From Callorhinchus milii (lineage: Eukaryota), in NCBI RefSeq assembly GCF_018977255.1, contig NW_024704743.1:53508001-53572000 (forward strand): a stretch of 64,000 bases of DNA. Direction: 5' to 3'. Made by a program: the position numbers and the translations under genes. The notes under the pieces were generated by a model. It worked only from the letters and a program-made list of their open reading frames with translations. It was not told where the DNA came from and ran no database searches. Positions 36,930-50,675 of the stretch are shown in pieces; the stretch's first letter is position 1; the number at the start of each line of letters is the position of its first letter.

Positions 36930-39900
36930 ACCCAGAAGGAGAGATTGTTACCAATTAAACCAAGCTGACACCCAGTCTTTATCATTAGTCTTCAGACTGT
37001 GGACTTTTGTCCCAGAGCTGAAAGGTCAATCCTGAGTCTGCTTCTCAGTAAATCTGGAAAGGAACCTTTGTTTAAATTTATTCTTTCCTTTAGTAATGCA
37101 ATTATTAGCTGTTTATATTAATAATGTAAATTAGCACAGTAAGCTCCGTATTGCAAAAAACAATTGCAATAATTACTGGCAAATACAACACTGAAATTGC
37201 AAGCATAGAACAATTACAGAAATAGCATTGCACAATTAAAATCATTAAAGTTAATTATTGGGTCAAACATGAGGAGACATGTATTGATGCAATCATGTGT
37301 GTATTTTAAAAAAAACATTCAGTAATGGATATAGAAGCAGATCAATCATTTTGTCATAGATAATCAATGCAAGTTTCACAGGAAGTTGCCGAACAACTTC
37401 AGTTGATTCCAATTTGTGTCATACAAATTGCTTGCTGTACCACATTAAAGAAGAAAAGGGAAATGTAACAGTATCTAGCCCACAATTATTCAGACTTGAC
37501 TTAATGTCTGATCCAAAGTACTGTACAGCTATAAACATTTATAAATAATTTTCTAACCTTTATCTTTTGTTGCATGCAAGAGAAGGGCTGTCCTTCAGAT
37601 AATGTGTGTGTTTTATGGGTATAGGGTTAGATGTGACTTTGTTTCTTTCAAATCTAGTATCAAATCAACAAAACAAATTAGATCTGAAAAAGGTAAGCTC
37701 GGTTTGAAACTGGCTAACTAAGATGAGTAGCTAATTGAACTCCAAATGCAGTTATATTAATAATAGTAATAATAATTTTTGCATTTGATATAGTGTCTCA
37801 CCATGTCATTGAGATGTCTCAAAGTGCTTGACAGGATTTTCACAGTGGAGTCTACATTTAAAAGAAAAACAGCAGCCATTTTGCTATCCCATAAACAGTC
37901 ATGAAGTGAGTGACCAATTTTATTTGGGGAAATGTTGGCCAGGACACCAGAAGAAGCTCTTTGCTTTTAGAATAGTGCCATGGGATCATTAATGTTTAAA
38001 TTAAGAGACAGATAGGATCTTGATTTAAAGCCTGACAATACAGAGGAGGGAATTTGCCCTGATTTCTTGACCAACAATCCTCCAAATTAAAAAGAAAATG
38101 TTTTTCAGTTTGTGGCTGTTTGTGGGATACTGTTTTGCACAAATCATTGATGCATTTGCTCACAAAACACTACCGTATATATCCTGTGAAGCATTTTGAG
38201 ACATTCTCCCAACATGAAAGGTGCTATGCCAAATTGAAGGATTATTATCATAATGTATTATTACAGCACACAGGAGTGTCAGCCTCGTCTGTGAGCTTAA
38301 AGCCTGACGTGGGGTTTGAACTCACAAACCGTCTGACTCAGAGGTGAGAATGCTACCAACTGAGTCACACTGACACCAGTTCATGTGATGTGTTAATTCA
38401 AATTCATGCAGGATAATTAACCTGATCACTATCACTTCTCAGAGAAAGAACAATCCATTTTTGTCCTGTTTACTTTCAAATATGAAGTAATCTTGTCAGT
38501 TATAAATATTATTGTACTGTATTCATTCCTGATCATCATTACAGTATATTCTGTGAAGCACTGAGACGCCTCGAAGATGTGATAAGGCGCTATATCAAAT
38601 GCGAGGATTATTATTATATATTATCGTTCCTTTACTTTGAACGCCTGCTCTTAAACTCAAGTTCTTTCTAAACCAGCACCAAACAGACTTATTAGAGACA
38701 AGGATCGGGGAAAGCAGTAAGCAGAAATTGTATGAAGAACATAGAGAAAATTCCTAATCTAAATTATATATCAGTTGCAAATGAGACATATTACAGTGGA
38801 ACCCTGTTATAACCTGCTTTGTTATAAGGTGGGTTTGCTTTTTGGGATGTGGACCTCGATATTTACATGCCAAAAATTCTAAAATCTGCACAGAAAGCTA
38901 GCTGTCTTGCTTCAAAACACCAACCTGCTTCCTACGTGCTAAAAAAAAGCACAAACTTCTAGGTTAAGTTGTCACCAATGTAATGTTTGAAAGCTTAGTT
39001 GAGGAAGGGCAGGAGGCGGCTCACGTGAAGCCGAATGGCCTGTTTCTGTGCTGTATATTCTAATGTATTCTAATGTAATTTCCTGATGTGGTGACAACCC
39101 ATAAAACCAGACGGTTTTAGCACAGGAAGTTGACCAGCACGCAGCTAGCTTTTTGTGAGCATTCACAATGAGTGCAGATGTGCTGACCAGGGAATTGTGT
39201 TCTTTTATAATGATGGTTGAGATTTTATAGACCCCCCCAACTATCAGATAATAAAGGGCTCTACTGTATTTACTCTTCATCCACTCATTCATCCTGCATC
39301 TCCCTGTCAATGGTACTGAAACAAAAGCAGATGTACGTATTAAATTGAACAGTTGCACAAAAGTTATTGTGAATAAATGTGTAAACCATCAGCATGAAGT
39401 ATGTGGATGCTGTGATGTATTAATGAAAGGACAAGATAGAAATCAAGCATTTATATTGTTGCTGTATAATGAAAGTGAGCAAGATAGGTTTCCAATGATT
39501 TTATTTACTTTCTGTGGAAAAGAACCTTTCAACTTATTGCTCTACAAAACAATTTTGATGTGCATTTATGGAAATATTATGCAAATGCAAGAATTATTAT
39601 ATTCTCATGCATGTGTACTTAAGCAAACAATCTATATTGCAATGCAAGTACATACTTGCAGATATGAAGGTGTGCATGCATACAATATATTGGCAAGTCA
39701 GCTAGTCAATATGTAGTAAAAAGTTAATTGTAATGTGTGCCAACTAACTTTGTTTTCAGAAATAAAACACTTATTTGATTTCTATTAAAAAAAGCTTTTC
39801 TTAGCCACTATCTTGAGTGTCAAGATTTTGAGTTTATAAATAATACTTGTATTTGTTATAACGCCTTACCACATCAAAATGTCTTCAAAGTACTTAGAAG

Positions 39901-42900
39901 TTTTTTTTAAGTGACATGTCTGTGTATTTGTTGGTGAATGCAGCAGCAAATTTGCACGTAGCAATGTTCCATAAATAGCCAAAAGTGAATGAACAATTAA
40001 AAAAAATCTGATGGCAAGGACATTGCGAGAAACTTCCTTCTCTCTTCAAACAGCACTACGGGATATTTAACTTCCTCTGAGAAGACCTTGGTTTAACCTG
40101 TCATACGAAATACAGCACATCAGACAATGAGACAGTCCCCTAGTGCTGCATTGGAGTCTCAGGCTAGAAGACTATGAGGACAAAGTCCCAACTTTGGGCT
40201 GGAACCCACAACCTTCTGACTCAAAGGCCTTTTTTTTTAATAGTCCTATTGCTTGCAAAACAGTTGGAGTTGCCTGGAGTCATTCAATCAAATTTAACAC
40301 TACCAAAGTTACTGCATTGACAGATTCAGAATCCTAGAAAAGGAATATATAGAACACATTGCAACATTTTAAAATATTCTACTAAAATTTTCTAACATGT
40401 AACATACTTATGTAAAATCCAAGAACATTTGATTCTGATGGTTTCAAATTCTGAAACTGGATGAAGAGACTTTGATCGAAAAAGATTCATCTTCTTTATT
40501 AATGATATTAATAATAATCCTTACGTTTGGTAGCACCTTTCAGGTTGGGGAATGCGTCAGAGCTTCACAGGATATAATGTAAAGTGTAGCAACTGATGCT
40601 TTGTAGGCAAATGCGGCAGCCAATTTGTGCACAGCAACGTCCCAAACAGCCATGAAGTGAATGACCACTTTTATTTAGGAGATTGTTGGTCAGGACATCG
40701 GAAGAAACCCCTTCTCTTTTCGAGCACTGTAGTGCCATGGGATCTTTAACGTCCACTAAACAGTCAGAATGGGCCTCGGCTTAACATCTCATCCGAAGTA
40801 TGGCACCTTCAACAGTGCAGCACACATCCAGCACTGCCAACTTAAACAGACTATACAAATTCCAAGTCCTTTAGATTCAGAGGTGAGTGTACTACCAACT
40901 GAGCCAGGATAACACACCGATAGGCTGATTTATTATAAATTTGTTTCTTTCTCCTGACACTTGGTTTCTTCCCAGTGAGTTGTGAAAATATGGAATGCAC
41001 TGCCATAGCAGCAAGATCAATTGGTATGTTTAAAAGGGAGTAATATAGATACAGTACTTGGAAAATAAGGGTATTAAAGAATGTGGCGAAAAGTCAGGGA
41101 AATAAGAGTAAAAGATTTGTCACAACTTGCATTTATATAGCGCTCTTCACGCCGGACAGTGTCCCAGAGTGCAACAACCTTGATGGACTGAATGTCCTCC
41201 CCTTTTTGTTTCTCATATAATGTATGGGCAGCAATGCATTATGGAGAAAGATATGCATTGGGTAGCAATTGCATTGGTCAAAGCTATAAATCTCTTTTGT
41301 CAGAAGTAGTATTACAATGTTCAGTTTACAATCAATATTTGTAATGTTGATTGACTGTATTTTTGCAAAGCCCAAGTGTGATATTATTATCTTGGTGGTG
41401 TTTAATTAGCCATTACCTTATAATGTCCAATGTCTTGAGCCCAGCACAGTGATACAGGTTCATGGTGCATGGTGACTGAAAATGTATTTGATCAGTCGAA
41501 AGTTGTCTGAAATACTAGTAATAGAGGCACATTGTGCTTCAACCTGCAAACGAGACAAGTTCTGTAGCATTATCACCCTGAAATTTGACAGCAGCATGTC
41601 AGCAGCATTGGGCCTGAAGATACCACACAAAACCTGTGAATTCCTGTGTCGTGGTATCTAAAAAAAACAAAATGGACACGTGATTTAAGTATTTATACAG
41701 GGTGACCAAAAGGTTGTGATACCATCATAATGTCTAATAAATCTTAAAGAAATGATGATATATATATATTTAAATAGTGTAGTTATCACAACTTTTTGGT
41801 CACCCTACAGTATGTGGTGCTAATGGTAATCTGTAGTTTGATGGCGAGTTGCTTCATTTAGCCATGTCACATTGTACACTTTTCATCCTGATCCAATTTT
41901 GTTTTCAAATTATGATAGTTTTTCTAACAAACATTTAAGTAATTTTGATGTTCTTGATAATTTTTCATAGTTAACAATCATCCTCCAAATCTACTTGTTT
42001 ATAAGTCATCTTACCTCATTGTTCCCTGCACACGTACAGCATATATAGGCCATATTATCAATAACATCTACAACTGCCTCCTCTCTGTATTTATTTTGCA
42101 GCCACCACATGAAGTGTTCAAAATAATTTATGCAATATATACATTTTAAGCACTCAGAGACGCTACCCTGCATGGAGGGTGCTATATAAGTGCAAGTGTT
42201 GTTGTTCATGTTTATTTTTACAACAAAAGAAAACCTAAGCCTGCCTTTTTGCTTCAGATTTTATCTGCTTTTTAATCTCATTTGCAGTAATTGCCAACAA
42301 TCAAGGCATTAGGATTTAGTTTCAAATTTAAATTTGAAAAAAGCCCCTCAACTATCTTTTCTCCCCCACATTCAAGCCATGACCCGCTCTGCCTTCGCTC
42401 ACCTCCGTAACATCGCCCGAATCCGCCACTACCTCACCCCTCAGGCCGCTGAAACTCTTGTTTCATCACCTCCAGGCCCGACTATGCAAACGCCCTGCTT
42501 GTCGGCCTTCCCAACTCCTCCTCCACAGGCTGCAGATAATCCAGAACTCTGCAACCCATGTCCTCTCCCGCACCAAACTCCGTGACCCCATCTCCCCCAT
42601 TCTCACCCGACTCCATTAGCTCCCGATCCTTCAGAGGATCCAGTTCAAGATCCTGGTCCTCACATACAAAGCCCTTCATGGCCTCGGCCCCACCTTATCT
42701 CTGTGACCTCCAACCCGCCCGCTCCCTCCGCTCAGCCGGCTCTGGCCTGCTCCACGTCCCCTGACCCACCCGCCCCACCGTTGGCGGGAGAGCCTTCAGC
42801 CACTCTGCCCCCAACCTCTGGAATTCCATCGCCCAGTCACGCCGCCTCGCCCCTCCTTAGCCTCCTTCAAGGCCCTCCTCAAGACCCTCCTCTTTGAGCA

Positions 42901-43025
42901 TACCATCGGCAACCCCCTTTCCCTCCCCTCCCTTCTCCCCCCCAATCCCAGCTCGGGTCTGAAATGCTGTACTCTTGGGACGTCCTCCCGACGTGAAAGG
43001 CGCTATAGAAATGTAACCTTGTTGT
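36930..43025. repeat. Copy 2 of the ~6.1 kb duplication
   Basis: Starts immediately after the N gap; differs mainly by short homopolymer/microsatellite indels. Confidence 0.97.
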
Positions 43026-44034
43026 TGTAAATTGGGTCATGGTGAAACAGTTAACTGAGAGTTGCATTGTTTCTACAGCATTAAAATAGTAAGTGATGGT
43101 GTTTACCCTCTATCCAATCTTAATAACCTCTCCTAGCCTCCCACTGTACCCTACTATTCTGTTCTCTCTCATGTAATTAATGTAGCTCAAGTTTTCTGCT
43201 TCAATTACAGCTTCTGGCAATCAGTTCAACATTTTCACCACCCTTTCTAGCATAACAGCACCATGAACTATGTAAGTGGTTTCAGGATTGCATCTTGGGG
43301 ACCACTTATAGTGGAGCATCAGGAAGGATTGGAGTCTTGATATACAGTATATTCCCAGCTCCACAAAAATGCAAGCCAGCTAAATGGACCATTTTAAACA
43401 TCATGTATTCTCAGTGCTATCCTATGGTCAGCACTGAGCTAAAATTATGATGAGCACCTGCAAACGCTTTGTTTAGAATTTACAAAATGATTTCTATAAG
43501 ATTTGCTTACGCTGTCAATGGTTACAGATCTATCCAGAAGCTGATGCAGTACCTTACTAAAAGCCGCAACAGTGATCGAGGAAATAAATTTAGGACGGAG
43601 AAGATTTGGATAGGTAGCGGAAAAAAAGGATCAATTTGAGATTCCTTCAGGGAAGAAAATCTGCTTTTTCCAATAATCACTGCCTTCATGAGTTCTAGGA
43701 AGAATTCTCGCTCCCCAGGTCTTTGAAGCCTTCATTCTGTAGTAGTTTTATCCAATGGTGATTCTAATCTTGCCGGTCTGTGCAGGTTTAAGAGAATCCA
43801 GGATTACCGTCTGCCTGCACAGTTTGTTGATACGCTAATCCTGCCTGTTCATGAATCAAAGTTCACAGGATCATACTCTAAATATCAGCATTTTAAAACA
43901 TGAAAACTAGCAAAAAAATGAATTTGGTCTAAATAGGAGATTTATGTGTTAATTGGTGTCATCTTTCGAGACAGAAGAAAGCAATATCTTAAGGTTTGTA
44001 AACACTGTGCCAGAGCAGTTTAACTCATGAACAA

Positions 44035-44173
44035 AACACACAATACTGCAGATGCTGGAAATCTGAAACAAAAACAGAGAGAGCTGGGAAAACTCAGCAG
44101 GTCAGGCAGCATCTATGGAGAAAGGAAAGTGAGTCGACTTTTCAGGTTTTCCCAGCTCTCTCTGTTTTTGTTT
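44035..44173. mobile_element. Penelope-like retroelement terminal fragment with an inverted end (related pieces at ~55425-55700, 56590-56630, 59365-59435)
   Basis: ctgcagatgctggaaatctg...ctcagcaggtcaggcagcatct motif recurring in the window; perfect 28-bp inverted repeat. Family assignment is from memory. Confidence 0.55.
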
Positions 44174-44397
44174 GTTTAACTCATGTACTGATAACACTGG
44201 ATAGCGCTTTATAAATGGAATCTTGTTGTTGTTGTTGTTGGATCTGCACAGTACCGAATACACTTGCAATCCCCCTTGACTTAACAGCTTGGGTTAACGT
44301 AGACGGTATGGGTTAAGCATGTACAGCAGGACCTAGAATGACTGGAAATCAAAGAAAGGATCTGTAGTTCTTTGCCAGAGACCTGGTAATCAATATT

Positions 44398-44990
44398 AAT
44401 AATAATAATCCTTGCATTTGATATAGAGCCTTATCAGGTCTTCGAGACATCTCAAAGTGCTTCACAGAATATACTGTCAAGTGAATTGACTGTAAATTAT
44501 GTGGGCGACGCAGCAGTCAATTGGACACAGCAATGTCCCACAAATGAGTGCCGTGGAATGAGTGCCCCAATTTTTTTTAAAATGGATTATTACCCCTGAA
44601 AAAGCAATCTTCCCATAAGTTCATACTTATTGCTAATGTAAACAGAGGCGTGTAATAAGGAAACTTGCCTAAGGTTTCGCCCTGCTGGGAATCGAACCCA
44701 TATTCTCTCGCTTGTGTGTCGAGCGCTCTACAACAACTTGTTGCATTTATATAGCGCCTCTCACGCAGGATTACGTACCAGATCGCTTGACAGTGGTGGA
44801 GCACAACGCAAAGCCTGGCAAAGGGGGGAGGTAACCGTAGGCACGATTGAAGAGGAAAGTCTTCAGGCGTGATCTGAAGATGGGGAAGGAATGGGCAATG
44901 CGGAGGGATAGAGGAAAAGTGTTCCAGAATTTCGGGGCATAATGGCTCAAAGCAAAATGACTCCACAACCACGAAGCTACAGGACTTCAC
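44398..44990 (-). mobile_element. tRNA-head SINE interrupted near its head by an L2 3' fragment (~44730-44950)
   Basis: SINE tail and body 44398-44730, L2 tail acaacaacttg..., SINE head remnant aaccacgaagctacaggact at ~44967-44987. Confidence 0.7.
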
Positions 44991-45068
44991 TTTTATTGGG
45001 GTGATTGTTGACCGGACGCCCCGGAGAAACTCCCTTCTCGTTTCAAATGGTATCATAGGATCTTTAAC

Positions 45069-45639
45069 ATCCAGTGTAAGGATTATTATTATTATTATTG
45101 TGGGGCTCTATATCCAGTGTAAGGATTATATTATTATTATTATTATTGTGGGGCTCTATATCCAGTGTAAGGATTATATTATTATTATTATTATTATTGT
45201 GGGGCTCTATATCCAGTGTAAGGATTATATTATTATTATTATTATTATTGTGGGGTTCTATATCCAGTGTAAGGATTATATTATTATTATTATTATTGTG
45301 GGGCTCTATATCCAGTGTGAGGATTATATTATTATTATTATTATTGTGGGGCTCTATATCCAGTGTGAGGATTATATTATTATATTATTATTATTATTGT
45401 GGGGCTCTATATCCAGTGTGAGGATTATATTATTATTATTATTACTATTGTGGGGCTCTATATCCAGTGTGAGGATTATATTATATTATTATTATTATTA
45501 TTATTATTGTGGGGCTCTATATCCAGTGTGAGGATTATATTATTATTATTATTATTATTATTGTGGGGTTCTATATCCAGTGTAAGGATTATATTATTAT
45601 TATTATTATTGTGGGGCTCTATATCCAGTGTGAGGATTA

Positions 45640-45676
<37 letters not shown>

Positions 45677-45952
45677 GTGGGGCTCTATATCCAGTGTGAG
45701 GATTATATTATTATATTATTATTATTATTACTATTGTGGGGCTCTATATCCAGTGTGAGGATTATATTATTATATTATTATTATTATTATTATTGTGGGG
45801 CTCTATATCCAGTGTGAGGATTATATTATTATATTATTATTATTATTATTGTGGGGCTCTATATCCAGTGTAAGGATTATATTATTATATTATTATTATT
45901 ATTATTATTGTGGGGTTCTATATCCAGTGTGAGGATTATATTATTATTATTA
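45069..45952. repeat. Minisatellite: 16 copies of gtggggctctatatccagtgtraggattat + variable (att)n
   Basis: Units counted directly. Confidence 0.97.
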
Positions 45953-47974
45953 ATTCACTGCCCGATTCCAGTCAGAGATAATCCATTTATAATTCACTGA
46001 TGCATTATAATTCAAGGATTATCATCGCGTTTGGTTGTCAGTCCCTGAGTTCTCAGACCTCTCTCCCCCCTCCACCGCGAGTGTTGTTAAAATGCAGAAA
46101 TGTTAAGTTATCTTATTGTTTGGGATGTCCACGTTTGTGCAGTGAATGGGGTAACTGTGATACACCCATATTATTATTATTATTATTACCATCATCATCA
46201 TCTCGGATAGGTTAGATCCCCAAAAAGCAGCGAGATTCATCGCGCAAAAGGTTTAATGGTGCAGCTGTCAGTGTTTGAAATGCAAAACAAGACTCTCCCT
46301 CCCCCCCTCCCCCTCTCTTTCCTTTCATTTAAACACTCAATATTGTGCATCGCTGCAGATGTACGTTTTCCCCTATCGATAGGGAGTAGATCTTGGAGAT
46401 AAGCTGCTGATTAATTGGTAATAATAATAGTAAATTTGCGAACAGCAAATATTCTGGAAAAGCAAGAATTGAGCACAGTCCAGCACTGACACCAGTCAGT
46501 CTGACTCGTCTGTTGACATCCTGGTTACAATTATGAAATACAATGTGTATACAGTTGTTGAAGGTTATGTAATTGGGGCTCAGCAATTGAATAAATGGAG
46601 GTGGATGGAAAAGAAAAGGGAGTTGTCCAGTTATATTCTTAAAAAATGCAGCTCTGCAACTACAATTTAAATATGCAGTGTACAAATACAAATGGATGAA
46701 AAAATAGACTGTAGGGTTTAGGGGTTAAATAAAGGCACTGCTAAGCTCTCAGATTCTACTTGCGTGAAGGGTGTATATAAATGCTTGCTGCTGCTATTGT
46801 GTAGTGACTATTTATAGGTGAGCACAGGTTCTGTATACATTCTTGCTGATTTATTTAAGTAAAACTTGCAGAATATCATTCCATTCATCTCTGTATTTTG
46901 CTGATTCAATACTAGCAGCTGCTCTTCACAGAAGATAATAATAATAATAATCCTTGCATTTGATATAGCACTTTTCACGTCTTCTAGACATCCCAAAGCG
47001 CTTCACAGAATATACTGTAAAGTGAATTGACTGTAAATTTGTGGGCGAACGCGGCAGCCAACAGCAGTGTCCCACAAACAGTCGTGGATTGAAAATGATC
47101 AATTTATTATTGTTTGTTTTTTTGGATAATTTACACTGGCCTGCTTCATGTCCCTCTATCTATCTGTCCCACCATTACTGGGTGGACTTTTAGCCATTCT
47201 GTCCCTGGTCTCTGGAACTCCATCCTGTGTCCCTCCGACTCACTCCCTTCTTTCAAGGAACATTACTCAAAGTGTACCTCTTTGACTGCTCCTGATTTTG
47301 GTCATCTTACCCGGCCGCCGACCCCCTTTTGGCTCCACCACCAGCTTGGGTGCCTATCTAGCACTATGGAGCGCTATGAGATGCCTTTCCAATGTGAAAG
47401 GTGCCATATAAATGTGTATTGTATTATCCACCACCAAGCACATGATTCATTGTACTTTGTAATACCCTGTTGAATAGTTGATCCCAGTTAATGCTTATCC
47501 CTAGGCCCTTCAATTCCATTAGTAACTTTTTTCTGAAATACTTTCTAATCGCAGCATCAAATGTTTTGCTTGGAGTTTGTTCGACATATCTACTGCTCTG
47601 TGAGAGGAGAGAAAGAATTTTCCTAACCATTATACTGACCTGAGGTGTTGATTTTGAACATTTAATTTTTGCTCGTAATCCAAGTTAACTAGTCTGCTTC
47701 GTCTGTTATGTATCTATTTTAAACAGCTTGATTGTGCTTTATCTTCCTGTAATTTTCTCTTCATTGAAAACAAATTGAGCTCTGTGAATGTCTTCTCAAA
47801 ATGTAAGATCCTATAATCCCACATTTATCATTTTCTTCAGAACTCTCTCCAACAGAAGTGCAAACTCAAAGAAAATCACTGAGGTTGTAGCAGCAGTCAT
47901 CCTCTCAGTTGGAGCACATTTAAAAATTAGTTGAAAGAAATCAAGTAGAGGGTTGTTGTTCCAAATTTTGTGTC

Positions 47975-48380
47975 AGTGTGGTCAGTGATAGCATTCTTGC
48001 CGCTGAGGCAGAAGGTTATGGGTTCAAGAGCCACATCAGGACTTGGAATAGCATAGCCTAAGAGGATATTCCAATGCATTGCTAGAGGTATGTTGTATTG
48101 TCAGAGGTGCAGTCTTTCAGATGAACTGTAAACTGAGGTCTAGTCTGCCAGTTCGTGGTACTGTTTGAAAAGAGAAGGGTGTTTCTCCTGGTGCCCTGGC
48201 CAACAATCCTCCAAATAAAACTGGTCATTCACTCCATGGCTGTTTGTGAGACATAGCTGTGCGCAAATTGGCTGCTGCATTTTGCGATTAAATAAAGAGT
48301 CAATATATCCTGTGAAGTGCTTTGAAGTGCTTGATGATATGATAAGGCACTATATCAAATACAAGGATTATTATTATTAA
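47975..48380 (+). mobile_element. Near full-length Deu-domain SINE
   Basis: tRNA-like head (gggttcaag), Deu core, shared 3' body, aaggattattatt tail. Confidence 0.75.
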
Positions 48381-49197
48381 AAGGGTTAGATTACAAGAGT
48401 AAAGAAGTCTTGCTGCAACTGTATAGGGCCTTGTTGAGACCACACCTAGAATATTGTATGCAGTTTAGGTGTCTTTATTTAAGAAAGGATAATAATAATA
48501 ATCCTTGCATTTGATATAGCGCTTTTCACGTTGGGAAGACATCCCAAAGCGCTTCACAGAATATACTGTAAAGTGAATTGACTGTATATTTGTGGACGAA
48601 CGCGGCAGCCATTTGCGCACAGCAATGTCCCACAAACTGTCGTAGATTGAAAATGACCAATTTATTATTAGGATATACTTGCCTTAGAGGGGGTGCAGCG
48701 TAGATTCACTAGGTTAGTTCCAGGGATGAAGGGTTGAACTATGAGGATAGGTTGAGTAAACTAGGCCTATATTCTTCAGAGTATAGAATAATTAGGGGTG
48801 ATCTTATAGAAACATAAGATTCTTATGGGACTTGACAGAGTAGACAGTGTGAGACTGTTTCCCCTGGTAGGAGAATCTAGAACTAGGGATTACAGTTTTA
48901 AGATTAAGAGACAGCCCTTTCGAGCAGAGTTGAGGAAACACTTTTTCACTCAGAGGGTAGTGAATTTGTGGAATTCACCCCATTCACCGTCTACCCCAAA
49001 GGGCTGTAGACGCTCAGTCCTTGAACATATTCAAGACTGAGATTGATACATTTCTAAAGGATAGAGGGATTAAGGGATATGGGGATAAGATGGGCAGATG
49101 GAGTAGGTTAGAAGATCAGCCATGATCTTATTGAATGGCGGGGTAGGCTCGAGAGGCTGAATGGCCTACTCCTGCTTCTAATTTCTATGTTCCTATA
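48381..49197 (+). mobile_element. CR1 LINE 3' fragment interrupted by a minus-strand SINE (~48490-48670)
   Basis: CR1 ORF2 C-terminus (LDRVDSVRLFPLVGESRTR...FFTQRVVNLWNS) and CR1 tail; aggata flanks both sides of the SINE. Confidence 0.85.
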
Positions 49198-50675
49198 AAA
49201 TCGGTTGAGGTATTAAATAGGGTGTATTAGCAGTTTGTACTGGAACCTCATCCATTGAATACATTAATGACCTGGATTCGCAGACGCAGAGTAAGATTGT
49301 TAAAATTTCAGATGACACCAGGTTGGGTGAAGTGGAATCAGAGGAGGCAGAAGAAGTTCTACAAAGAAAGCTTGATAACTAAACATAATGTTTCCTTCCC
49401 TAACATCTCTGCATTCACTTTTTGCAAGAGAGGGGAATGGATAATGATCAGGCACCTTAGCTGTTCTTTCTCCCTTGTCTTCCAGCAGCTTGAAAGCTAA
49501 TTCTATTGCCTAGTTAATATGGCACAGAGCAGAATCCAACCTGAAACCTTCTGGTCTTTTTGTTTTTCTACAATATCAGGCAGAGCCTTTACTGCAAGGT
49601 TATCTGAGAGCCATATGTAACAGTATAATCTTCTGGGCACAGAATATATCCATCACTTGTGATTAAAAAGTGAAATGAACTTTTGCTTGATGACAACAGG
49701 TAAGGCATGCCATTGGTTTTGTTCAGTTACTAACTAGCAGATTATGTTTTGTGCTATTCAACATTTTTCTTCCCCAGAGACACAGGTGATTTTCTTTCTC
49801 CAGAGGTGTGGGTTATTTTTGGTCTCAACTCCATATGGACTTTTTTCTTGTTCTTATTATCATCATTATAGAATGGACTTGAATAGTTTATACATAATTG
49901 TATGCAGCTTCACAAATTCTGGGAAATAAATGTACTTAGTGAGGTTACCCTTAAAAGAAAAATAAATTTAAAAAAAAAAAAATTTTGGTCACTCAATCCA
50001 CGACTGTTTGTGGGACACTGCTGTGCACAATTGGCTGCTGCGTTCGCCCATAAATATACAGTCAATTCTTTACGGTATATTCTGTGAAGCGCTTTGAGAC
50101 GTCTAGAAGATGTGAAAAGCGCTATATCAAACGCAAGGATTATTATTATTGATGGGGTGTGAACATTGGCTGAAGACTGATACACTGATAAATACAAAGT
50201 ACTACATATATAAAATGAAAGAAATGTGCTTCATGGATGGGATAAAACTTGTCGAGCTGAAAGATGCAGGGATGTTAATTTGTGACTGTGGTAATTAAAT
50301 TTGCAGCTTTAAGTGGTATATTTTAGATTATTGAATAAGTGTCCACAATTTTAAGATTGGGGTAAGATTTAAGATTGTAAAGATCCATTCTCCAACACTT
50401 AAGAGGTGCATGTTGCTTAAGTCTCGGCATAATAGCATCCATTTTTGTGAGTAAGATTTTGTTGGCTTTTTGCATTACTGATCTGTTAAGAAAAGCTTAT
50501 TTTGTGGATGTTATGTGCCATATATTGCTGGCTGTAAGTGGGCAGAGAATCCTTTGATGGATTCAAATATTTAAAATTTGTACATGGTGTGTAGGACTTG
50601 ACATTTCATTCTGTTTTTGTTTGTCTTTCCAAGAACTGCCTCACCAAAGCATAAACTATTTGAAGTATGGCAACA

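Noticed and set aside
45069..45952. CRISPR-like repeat-spacer appearance and poly-Ile/Leu ORFs
   Set aside because: Spacers are only (att)n, the context is vertebrate, and there are no cas genes
49600..49710. Strong donor-like CAG|GTAAGG as a possible non-coding exon end
   Set aside because: An isolated splice motif cannot be supported without transcript data
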